From contig NC_086107.1 in NCBI RefSeq assembly GCF_963921235.1, positions 93,870,001 to 93,934,000 of the forward strand: DNA of 64,000 bases. Direction: 5' to 3'. Below, in pieces: positions 37,968 to 49,934 of this stretch; the first letter of the stretch is position 1; each line of letters opens with the position of its first letter. Made by a program: the position numbers and the translations under genes. The DNA is from Mobula hypostoma (lineage: Eukaryota). Below the pieces are notes generated by a model. That model was not told the origin of the DNA. It did no database searches and was given only the letters and a program-made list of their open reading frames with translations.

Positions 37968-39188
37968 CATCAAGGTGGTGGTTTAGGAGCCTGAAGACAC
38001 ACACAAATCTTTGGGAATAGCTTCTTCCCTTCTGCCATCAGATTTCTGAATGAGTCCTGTACCCATGAACACCACCTCATTTTATGCTCTATTTTTGTAC
38101 TACTTAAATTTTTAAATATATTTCTTATTGTGACTTATAGTAATATTTTGTATATTGCACTGTACTGCTGCCGCAAAACAGCAAATTTCACAACATATGT
38201 CAGTGATAATAAGCCTGATTCTGATATGCTTATATGGTTCTTATATTATTTCTGGAGTTAACTTGGAATCTGTGGATTGATAATACCAATTCTTTGACTG
38301 GTCTATCCTAATCCTAATGATTGAAGATTCAGAATTTTGAAGGAATGGGATATCTACAAACACAAAACACAAAAATACAGTCTCTATTTGGGGATCAACT
38401 CAAAGATCTCAAAAAATTACATCACACCGGCTTCCATGAGTTGAGAAAGAAAAGTGTCTGTTTCTAAATTACCTACTTGAGGCTCAGTAGAATATATCGT
38501 GGTAAAAGATATCTCAATAAAATTTAATTTTAAACAAAAGGCAAATCGAGAAATGAAGTCCAGCCCACGCGCAGGGCTGAAGGCGTTAGTAGTGCCCGAG
38601 GAGGGCTCTTGCCAGACAGGGATGAGCCTACAGCAACTTTACCAGTGAAGATGTTGTATTCCACTCACACTTATCGGTATGTAGTAGTAGCGAACTGCCT
38701 ACAATATTTTACTCCCTGCACTGGGATTGGAGGAGGGAAGTAAAAAATATAGCAAATGTTAAACTCTGCAGGTTCTGCAGATGTTGGAAATCCAGAGCAA
38801 CACACACAAAATGCTGATGGAACTCAGCAGAACAGGCAGCATCTATGGAAGGGAACAAACAGTCAACGTTTCAGGTCGAAACCATAAGAGTAGGAACCGA
38901 ATTAGGCCATTTGACCTATCACGTCTACTCCACCATTCTATCATGGCTGATTTACTTTCCCTCTCAACCCCATTCTTCTGCCTTCCCCCTGTAACCTTTG
39001 ACACCCTTACTATCATAAGACCCTTCATCAGGACAAAATACATCAGATTTAGTAAATGTGATCTTTCTGCAATGCATAATCAAATAACAATAAGTTTTAT
39101 ATTAGCAGTCCAAGAAAAGGAATAACTGTTGACCAGGGTGATCAGGGCAAGGTTCCTAGACACTTTCCTACTGGTTAACAAATTTCAG

Positions 39189-39402
39189 GCAACACACATC
39201 AAAGTTGCTGGTGAACGCAGCAGGCCAGGCAGCATCTCTAGGAAGAGGTACGGTCGACGTTTCAGGCCGAGACCCTTCGTCAGGAGGGCTGAAACATCGA
39301 CTGTACCTCTTCCTAGAGATGCTGCCTGGCCTGCTGCGTTCACCAGCAACTTTGACGTGTGTTGCTTGAATTTCCAGCATCCGCAGAATTCCTCGTGTTT
39401 GC
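39189..39402. mobile_element. Young fold-back Penelope-derived element with 16-bp TSD
   Basis: TSD GGTTAACAAATTTCAG at 39173-39188 and 39403-39418. 77-bp inverted arms at 39189-39265 and 39289-39365 with 3 mismatches. Confidence 0.88.
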
Positions 39403-40964
39403 GGTTAACAAATTTCAGCTTCTTCCAACATCTAAGTAAACAAAAAGCTCAGAGGTTTCCGTTAAACTTTGGTTGAAACGTTGAGAGCACCCCCTCAGAT
39501 ATACCTTAGCATTAAAAAGTCTCTACAGAACCAATCTTTTCCCTCAAGGAAAAAAAATGTTTTTCTCCCAGCTCAAAGAGTCTGGACCATTCTCCAAGGA
39601 ATCAAAGCAAGGTTTCTGGGTCCAAATAGTCCAGAATATCCAGGAAAAGATAACAGTCAGTATTCAGGTGGAAGAAGTCACTTTGACAACCAGGATGGGC
39701 TGCCAATCTCAGTCTATGCTGTTTCTTAACACGGACAGAGCAATTAAATAATCTCATCACTCTTGGGTGGGAAGATAGAGCCAGAGTACCCCAGTCCAAA
39801 CCATTAACATGTCAATCAGCACTGGAACAGCATGCTTGGATGTAGAGCCAATACTCACTTAGCAGGAGCAAATGCACAAATGGGGTATCAGTAACACAGC
39901 ACGAACAGACACCTTCAGAAGTAAATGGACAAGCAAAAATCATTCTCTCACCATCTAATATTTAATCAGAAAGATGACTGAAGAAAGCCTCCAATACAAA
40001 AACTCCAAAAGCCTAGAGATTAAAACTGAGTGTTATAAAAATAAATAAAGCATGACAATATGATCAGAACTACAACAGTCTCAGGAGAAAACGATTCCTA
40101 AAACTTAATGAACTTCACCACTGTGGTTTAACACTTAAATCTACTCTTAAGTGTATTACAGCTTGGAACATATTCTCAGCTGCTGTTTGTGCTCCATTTA
40201 ATCCCACCACCCAGTGAATACATTAGTTTCTGGTGAGCAGGTCAGGTCACTTTCACAGTAGTAGTCAGCAGTTTGAAACAATTCTCAACTCAGAGTACAG
40301 CGAAATCAATGAGCTTTCCCTGCTGACAACTCTTTAAGGACATTGTGCCGTGAATTTGTTTATTTGTGTTGAAGGATTGTGTTCATACAACCTCCTTGGA
40401 ATTCCTCACTATAACATCAGGATTCTGTTTCCCCTCTTGCCAAGTTTGGCAAATAAGTAAAATTTATAAACCATGAAGATCCATGCTGAGTGACAGTCAA
40501 TACTTAAGGCTACAAATGGGGCATATTACTGACCAGGGTCCCCGCTCCTGGCCAGAACCAAATTATTCCTGTGGGTAAGCATGTACTCATGGAGTACGGA
40601 GATTGGAATATCCTGCTGATAATATGAGGCAGAAACTATATAAAGGTATTCCCCTGCTTTAGTGAATGGGAAAGAAAATGGCTGTGATATATGCATGCTT
40701 ACCCATGCCAGGAATCAGACAACTGTTTGTTAAACACACACCTTTCACCTAGGTATTAAGAAACATTTAAAGAGCCACAATACCGACATTCAATTCAATC
40801 CCAACTACCTTTAGGAAAACTTATACAAGCCAATGGAGACCATGTAAGATAACTCATGCAGGTATTTCATCATAATCTACATTGATTCAGACCTCGTCCC
40901 ATTACTGGCCTCAAAGACAATCTCACTTTGACAGCATTCTCAAAACACTAATTTCCTTTTTACA

Positions 40965-43025
40965 GTCATAGAGTCATAGAAAAGTACAACACAGAAACAG
41001 GCCCTTTGGCCCATCTAGTCTGTGCCAAAATATTTAAACAGCCTACTCTCATTGACCTGCACCCAGACCTTTTCTCATTGTTACCATCAGGTAGGAGATA
41101 CCCGAAGGCACTCACTCAGTGATTCAGGAACAGCTTCTTCCCCTCTGCCATCCGATTCCTAAATGGACATTGAAGCTTTGGACACTACCTCACTTTTTTA
41201 AAATGTACAGTATTTCTGTTTTTGCACATTTTAAAATCTATTCAATATACGTAATTGATTTATTTGTTTATTATGTTTTATTTTATTTATTATTGTTATT
41301 ATTTTTTTCTCTCTCTGCTAGATTATATATTGCATGGAACTGCTGCCACTAAGTTAACAAATTTCACGTCACATGCCGGTGGTAATAAACCTGATTCTGA
41401 CCTAAGCCCTCCACACTCCCATCATCCAGGTACCTATCCAAACTTCTCTTAAATGTTGAAATCAAGCTTGCATGCACCACTTGCGCCAGCAGCTCACTCC
41501 ACATTCCCATGGTCTTCTGACTGAGGGTTCCCCCATCGTGTTCCCCTTAAGCTTTTCACCTTTCACCCTTAACCTATGACCTCTTGTTCTAGTCTCACCC
41601 AACCTCAATGGAAAAAGCCTACTTGCATTTCCCTATCTATACCCCTCAATTCTATCAAATCTCCCCTCAATCTTCTGCATTCCAAGGAATAAAGTCCCAA
41701 TCTATTCAGTCTTTTCTTATAACTCAGGTCCTTCAGTCCCAGCAACATCCTTGAAAATTTTCTCTGCACTCTTTCAAACTTATTTACATCTTTCCTGCAG
41801 GTAGGTGACTAAAACTGCACACAATACTCCAAATTAGGCCTAATCATCTTATACAATTTCAACATAACATCCTATCTTCTGTACTCAACACCTTAATTTA
41901 TGAAGCCCAATGTACCAAAAGCTTTTCTTAACAACCTTATCCACCTGTGCCACCACTTTCAATGAATTATGGACTTGTATTCCCAGATCCCTTTGTTCAA
42001 CCGCACTCCTCAGTGTCCTACGTTCACTGTGCAAGACCTATTGTGTTGGTCCTACTGAAGTGCAACACCTCACATTTGTCTGATTAAATTCCATCTGCCA
42101 TTTTTCAGCCTATTTTTCCAGCTGGTGCAGATTCCATTGCAAGCTCTGATAGTCTTCCACACTTCCCACTACACTCCCAATCTTGCTGTCATCTGCAAAT
42201 TTGCTGAATCAGTTAACCACATTATCATCCAGATCATTGATACAGATGACAAACAACAACGGACCCAGCACCAAACCCTGCAACACTCTATTAATCACAG
42301 GCTTCCAGTCAGAGGCAATCATTTACTACCACCCACTGGCTTCTCCCACGAAGACAATGACTAATCCAATTTACTACCTCATCTTGAATGCTGAGCAACT
42401 GAACCTTTTTCACCAATCTCCCATGCGGGACCATGTCAAATGCCTTACTGAAGTCCACGTAGACAACATCCACTGCCTTGCCTTCATCAACTTTCCTGGC
42501 AAGTTCCATGAAAAACTAAGATTGGTTGGCAATGATCTTCCACACACAAAGCCAAGCTGACTATCCCTAATCAGTCCATGTCTATCCGAACACTCATATA
42601 CCCAGTCTCTTAGAATACCTTTCAATAACTTTCTCCACTACTTGCGTCAGGCTTCCTGGCCTATAGCTTCTTGGTTTATTCTTAGTGTCTTTTTTAAGCA
42701 ACAGAACATCATAAGTTATCCTCCAACCCTGTGGTACCTCACCTGTCGCAAAGGATGATTTAAATATCTCTGCTAGGGCCCTTGCAATTTCTGAACTTGC
42801 CTCCCACAGGATCCAAGGGAACACCTTGTCAGGCCCTGGGATCTATCCACCCTAATTGTCCTCAAGACAGTAAACACCTCCTCCTTTGTAATCTATATAG
42901 GTCCATGACCTTGCTGCTGTTTTGCCTCACTTCTATAGACTCTGTGTCATTCTGCTGAGTAGATACTGATGCAAAGGATGTATTTATGAGCCAACTAAAT
43001 AACTTAGCACTTCTGCATTTTCCTG
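40965..43025 (-). mobile_element. CR1 LINE (RT region to 3' tail), Rex-type insertion at ~41070-41400
   Basis: VDEGKAVDVVYVDFSKAFDMVPHGRLVKKV and EIARALAEIF...GEVPQGWR, with a (CTATGACT)n tail at about 40965-40980. Confidence 0.8.
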
Positions 43026-44075
43026 GGAGATTTGGCATGGATGAGAGCAGAGCATAGATACAGCCATCACTGGGAGTGTGCGCTGTGTCAATTCCTAATG
43101 GCGGAACACAAACCCGTGGTTGGCTCAATTATTCTGTACCGATTAAAGCACCGAACATGAGTAAAACTGTAAAGGACAAGAGCTGAAATTGAACAGGTGT
43201 TCAGCGACGTCTGCTGTGCTCGACAAGTCTCTTCTCACTGCTGCCAGCAGGCGGAAGGGGCAGGAGTCTTGGACTTGTACTGGACGGGCTTCACGTGCAT
43301 CAGCGCTGAATATGCTCCACGGCTGTGGACTCACTTTCAGGGACTTTGCAGATCATGTTCCCTGTGTTTTTGTTTACTGATTTTTTACCATTTGGGTGAT
43401 TTGATCAAGGCGCTTCAGCGCTGAACTGACTCTGCAGCTGTGGCCTGCACTCATCAGCACAGAGCTGAACTGATTCTGCGACTGTGGCCTGCAGACTTTG
43501 GGCTCCTGGTCCGGCTCAACTTGCCTTAGCGCCTCCATGGCTGTGGACTCACTTTCAGGGACTCTGCAGTTAATGTTATTTGTTTACATGCTTGTTATTT
43601 TTCCCCCACACATAGGGTGTTTGATGGTCTTGATGTGTGGGTTTTTTTTTCCCTCCTTTTTTCCTCCTGCAAGATGGATCTCAAGGTTGTATACAGCATA
43701 CATACTTTGATAATAAATGTACTTTGAACTTTGAATGTACTTTAACCAGTTCTGCCCAATTTTCCAGGGCTCACTGTCATAGCTCGGCGATGCTGGTTTG
43801 CTGTAGTTCTGGGCAGCTGCTTGCATCTATAGCAATTGCAAGTCACTAATCCACTTCGTAAGAGCAAAACTTTTCTTTTTTACCCTGCACTCTAATTGGC
43901 AAATATCTAGCTCCTAACACTATCAGAGCCACAGAACTGTACAGACCCTTCAGCCAACAATGCTGTGCCGATCTTCTAACCTACTCCAAGGTCTATCTAA
44001 CCTTCCCTCCCATATCACCCTCTATTTTCTTTTCATCTATATGCCTATCTAAGTCTCTTAAAAGTCCCTGTTATA

Positions 44076-45535
44076 CAGTGCCTTGAAAAAGTTTTCAGCC
44101 CACAGAACTATTTTCATATTTTACTGAGTCATTTTCAAAATTTTGAAAATTTAGGGGATTTTGAGCTAATGGACAAAATATTGTCCATACCAAATCAAAA
44201 GAAAAATTCCAAAACCTGCCAACAATTTACTAAAAATTAAAAACCAAAATTGAGAGGCTCAAAAAGTGTGCACCCTCTTTGTAATTACTATGCTAATTTT
44301 CCTTAGGTGCAATATATGGTATTACCTTACCAACTCACCCAATTTTTGATGTAGGAAATTGGAGGATCATCTGTTTTCAATGAATTGATAAGAATAAATA
44401 CCCCCTCTGCCTGTGAGGTCCAACAGTATGGTAGATTTTCAACAGACCAAATCAAATAAAGACAAAAGAGCATTCCAGACAAGTCAGGGAAATGATAATA
44501 TATAAGCACAAATCTAGGGAAGATTATAAGACCATCTCAAAGTCACAGAACATACTTCAGAGCTCAGTGCAGTCCTTCCTGAAAAAGTGGAAAAAATATG
44601 AAATCACAGCCACACAGGCTGCCCCTCTAAACTTCAGTCACTGAAGAAGAGGCTACTGTGACACCAACAATTACTCTGAGTAAGCTGCAGAAATCAGTGG
44701 TTGCAACAGGAAATGAAGTTTATGGCTCCACAATCTCTAAAGCCTTGCACAAAAACAGGTATTCATGAAAGAGTGGCAAGGAAGAAGTCCTGGCTAAAAA
44801 AAAAGTATTTCCTTGCCCGTAAAGACTTTGCAGAGCGTCACTTAGAAAATACCGTAAAGATGTGGAAGAAGGTCTTGTGGTCGGATTAAACTAAAGTGGA
44901 ACTTTTTGGCCTCAACACTAAGCGGTACATGCGGCGTAAATCTAATACTGCGCATTAGCCAGGTAACACCATCTCTACTACAAAGTATGGTAGAGGGAGC
45001 ATAATGCTATGGGGATGCTTTTAGCAGCAGGGACTGACAACTGGTCAGGACTGATGGAAAGATAACTACTGCTAAATACAGAGAGATCCTAGATAAAAAC
45101 TTGCCAGCTTCTGCCAGAAAGCTTAAACTGGAGAGAAAGAAGTTCTTTCAGCAGGACAACAACTCAAAGCACACTCCCAGAGCAACCATGGAGTGGCTTC
45201 AAATGAAGAAAACTGATGTCCTTGAGTGGCCTAGTCAGAGTCCTGACCTTAACCTGATCAAAGATTGCTGTCCACCGCAGCTCCCCAACCAACCTGGCAA
45301 AACTTGAGTAATTTTGCAAGGAGGAATGGACAAATTGTGCTCCATCACGCTGAGCAAAGTTAATAAGACTTATCCAATAAGACTACTGGCTGTAACAGCT
45401 GAGAGAGGTAGTTCAGCTATGTACTTAGCAAGGGGGAAATGAATACTTTTGTACCGCTGACATTTCAGTTTTTGTATTTTTAGTTTTCCATACTTTACAA
45501 CTTTCCCTGGTGTTTGTGCTCTGTGAAAAAAAGGA
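44076..45535 (+). mobile_element. Tc1-family transposon fossil (IR/DR type), right end truncated
   Basis: TA-CAGTGCCTTGAAAAAGT left end, inner repeat at about 44258-44281, and right inner repeat at about 45432-45451. Decayed transposase: KTKEHSRQVRE...YKTISK, RVARKK, WKKVLWSD*TK, GSIMLWGCF, FQQDNNSKH, WPSQSPDLNLI. Confidence 0.88.
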
Positions 45536-46965
45536 TTTCCCCTTACAGCACCTCCTAAGTAATATGACAATAATGCCCTCGCACTAACCAGATGAGATCA
45601 CCAATTCCTCAAATCAGAATTAATACAATATATACATTAACATTGTGCCACTGGACTTGATAGAGGACAAATATTAAGCTTATTGAATCTCAGTGTTCAG
45701 AAGATCACAAGCTTGGTTAAGAATGTGCCAAACTCATTAGCAATCAATGCACTTGGCACTTTGTACAATTATTACTTGGATCATTGTACAATTAGACGTA
45801 TGGAACTAAAAAAGTACTAGATGCTGGAAATCTAAAATAAAAAACAGGAAATACTGAAAATGTTTAACAGTCAGGCAGCATCTGTGTAGAGAGAAACAGC
45901 ATTAATGTTTCATGTTGAAGAGCCTTCAATAGAACTGTCCTTAAGCGTTATTCCAAAACTAGGGATATGTGTTTAGGGTGAGAAAGAAAAAAATTAAAAG
46001 GGACCCGAGGAGCAATTTTCCACACAAAGGATGGTGAGAGCCTGGATTAAGCTGCCAGATGGAGTGGTTGAGATGGATACAGAAGTATTACTGTAGAAGC
46101 AATTGGATAGGTACATTGAGGAGAGGAGCCTGAGGAATATGGGCCAAACTAAGGAAAATGGGACGCTGGGTAGACAAGTAGATATGGATTACTGGGTCAA
46201 AGGGCCTCTCTCCATGTTGTACCACTCTGTGATTCTATTAATCATTCTCATGCTGCCTGATCTTCTGAGAGTTTCCAGCAGGTCCTGCTTTTAGATTTCC
46301 ATTTGGATAAAGCTGTCCCTTGATTAAGGGCTAACATGCAGTGCTCACAGATCCATGGTTATCTAGTGACAACTGATAACATATGCTGGTGGGTGGAAAG
46401 CAGAGGGGATTCAGAATCAGATTCAACAGTGATGCTTCCAGTATGCTTGTTCCCACTCCAATAATCATAATCATCAATTCATAATTTAAAAGATTTTTCA
46501 AAGATCAGTTTTATTTGTCACATACAATATATAAAGTGAAATGCATCATCCGTGTCACATCAAATCAGCGACGGTTGTGCTGGGAGCAGCCTGCAACATC
46601 ATCACATTTCCACCACTAGCATCGTTGGCTCACAACCCTAACATCTTTGGAATGTGGGAGAAAACCCACACAGTCACAGGGAGAATGCCCATGACTCTTT
46701 ACAGACAGCAGCAGAAACTGAACCCTGATCTTACAGCTGGTACTGTAAAGCATTATGCTAACCGCTACAAAAACCTTGCAAACCTGTTTTCTCCCACCTT
46801 CTTCCCCATCAACCTCTCCCACCGTTCAAAATATATTTTTAATTAACAAGGATCATGAAAAATTATACTTGAAGAATGACTACTTGGACAATGCATTAGA
46901 GAAATGCTGAAACGCACAGAACCACTCCAGCATTGAAGAATCAGTATCAAAGTGCAACACTTTAC

Positions 46966-47165
46966 AAACAAGAGAAAGTCTGCAGATGCTGGAAATCCAA
47001 GCAACACACACAAAATGCTGTAGGAATTGGGTAGGCCAAGCAGGATCTATGGAAAAGAGTACAGTCGATGTTTTGGGCTGAAAGGTCTCGGCCCGAAACA
47101 TCGACTGTACTCTTTTCCATAGATGCTGCCTGGCCTGCTGAGTTCCTCCATCATTTTATGTGTGG
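46966..47165. mobile_element. Fold-back Penelope-derived short element
   Basis: Inverted arms around ggtctcggcccgaaacatcgactg. Flanks AACACTTTAC and AACATTTTAC. Confidence 0.7.
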
Positions 47166-49136
47166 AACATTTTACTGTATGTTTCGAGTTTATTTTATTT
47201 TTTTATTTAGGGATATAGCACAGTAACAGACCCTGTATGAACCCACGACACCCAATTATATATGTGACCAATTAACCTACTAACTCATATGCCTTTGGAA
47301 TGTCAGAAGAAACTGGAGCACCTGGAGGAAACCCAAGCAGTCACAGGGAGAACATACACACTCCTGACAGACAGCAGCAGGAATTGAACCCAGGTCACTG
47401 CTGCTCTAATAATATTACGCTAACCACAATGTACATGTGATAAATAAATCTGAATCTGAGTTCTGAAACAAGGCAAATAGAAAATCAAGAATCAAGAATC
47501 TACAATTAATATAAAAAAGCAAACCCAGTACTTAAAACTTTAAGTGCTGCTAATAACTCTTCATAATTTCAGATATTATTATCCAAATGGGGTTGTGGTC
47601 ACTACAACAAGAGCACCAATCCAGGAATAGGTCCAATTGCTAAAAGCAGCTAAGAGAAGGACTCCAGGTGGAGACAGATTTCCATCAAGCTTCTAGTTTC
47701 AGCCACCTGAATAAATGCCAACATCCTGAGAGTCAAAAGAGGTTTCCAGCAGTAATGATAGAAGATGGGCCTATCTATCTACATCTGACTATACTACCAA
47801 AGAACTTGCTTAGGGTGATTTTCACCACAATCAGCGCTAAGTCCTGAAGAGAGGACTCATTAAGAAAAAAAGCTATTCAGTTTTCAAAATTCTCTCCCAC
47901 TCATGTTGACTCCATTCAGATTGTTGGACTGGCCTTCCTATTTTTATTCATAATTTACTTTCTTCCTTTTCCAGTTATCTTCAATTTTATCTGCCTATTA
48001 GTCTAAATAGTTACACTTTGCTTAGTATCAAAGAATGCAATTAATTATCTTATCCCAAATGACAATAACACCTTAAGAGATGCCTCAGTCATCAGAAGTA
48101 TTGCAGCAGCCTTCACAAGTTATAGGAATGTATTATTTTTTTTTAAAGTTCCCCCCCCCCTTTCCTTTGCTATTTCCCTCATTTCTCTCATTTTCTAACT
48201 GATGTGTGTCAAGTGTCCTTGGTTATAAAGATGAAGATTGGTTTTATTTGTCACATGCACATTGAAACATACAGTGAAATGCATTGTTTGAGTCAACAAC
48301 CAACACAGTCCAAGGATAGTGCGGGGGGGTGGCCTGCAAGTATCATCACACTTGTAGCACCAACTCACTAACCCTAACCACAGGTCTTCTTTTAGAATGA
48401 AGGAGGAAAGCAGAACACTCAGAAGCCCACACAGTCACAGGGAGAACGCACAAACCCCTTACAGACAAGACAGCAGGAATTGAACCCTGATAAGTGATTG
48501 CTGGCGCTACAAAGCATTGCGCTAACCACTGTGCTACCATGCTGCTCTTGGTTAGGCAGAGAGAACAGATAGAATGCAACAACCCAACAAAATTATTAGA
48601 ATATTTATTCCTCATGTGCATTGTACAAGTATTCAACCTTTGTAACTATGTGACCATGAGTAGAACCACAACCAAGACCTTGCAAGTCAACAGCCAAAAT
48701 CCAAAGCCCCATTAAACCTCAGCAATCAGGAACTTTGTACTATTTATGATACACTATAAAGTTATACAATCAATCATGGGACCAAGAGAAATGTTACCTT
48801 TTTTGTTTAAATATGTGATTGTAGTGTGCTTCAATAAAGGACTAATGGTCTATGGGGTATATTTAGGAAGAAAAAAGATACTGGCCTTTATTTCACCACC
48901 AGTTCATAGACCAATTGCTTGATCTGTGCATATATGAATGGTATCACACTCTAACTTTGTTAGATAATAGATATCAAGCATGAATATGTGGTTCTGTATA
49001 GGATATTAATTTGTAATATCACGCTAGAATTTTGTTAGAGGAAAGGTACAATAATTCTGCAAAATTAATACATTTCATTTCACCACACTCTATATATATA
49101 TACACACACACACGCACACGCATATACACCAGTTTA

Positions 49137-49271
<135 letters not shown>

Positions 49272-49934
49272 TCAAGATTTAAGACTGCTTATTGTATTTC
49301 TTCAGTGCACAAAGAAACATAAGCATACAGGATTAAGAAACAAAATTAAAGCACAATAAATGTAAAAGGAATCCTAGAAAACACAGTGTACAAGTAACTA
49401 TATATACACACTGTCTGATTGAATGTACATAGGATGACACTAGGTGATTTGTATGACGTGGAGGAGAGGGGTGTAATGGGGTGGGATAATGGGTAGAGAC
49501 GTTGCTCAGCTTGGGGAAAGTAACTGTTTTTGAGTCCTGGTGTGGACGCTGTTTAGCCTCTTCCAAGCTTGGCAGTAAAACAATCTGATCCATTCTAATA
49601 TGGCACAGTAGCGTAGTGGGTAGTGTGACACTTTATGCCAACTGTAAGACTGGGGTTCAGTTCCCATTGCTGTCTGTAAGGAGTTTGTATGTTCTCTCTG
49701 CCCTTGTGTGGGTCTTCTCCAGGTGCTCTGGTTTGGTCCCAGATTCCAAAGAAGTATGGTTAAGGATTAGTGAGTTGTGGGCATGCCATGTTGGCACTGG
49801 AAGCGAGAGGGTACTTGCAGGTAGCCCCCAGCTCATCCTCACTGATTTGATTTCACTGCATGTTTTGAACATACATGTGACAAACAAAACTAACCTGAAA
49901 TCTTTAATAATTTAAAGACTATGAACGATGATCA

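Noticed and set aside
39129..39476. Mirror-image ORFs on both strands with the same peptide (VAGERSRPGSISRKRY)
   Set aside because: This is an artefact of the fold-back element's inverted arms.
43190..43735. Short direct repeats (gctgtggactcactttcagggact x2; ctgaactga.tctgc..ctgtggcctgca x2)
   Set aside because: They are internal to a non-autonomous retroposon ending in the common ...ctttgataataaatgtactttgaactttgaa tail. I found no independent function.
49600..49680. tRNA-like A/B-box sequence
   Set aside because: It is a degenerate SINE head with no full cloverleaf.
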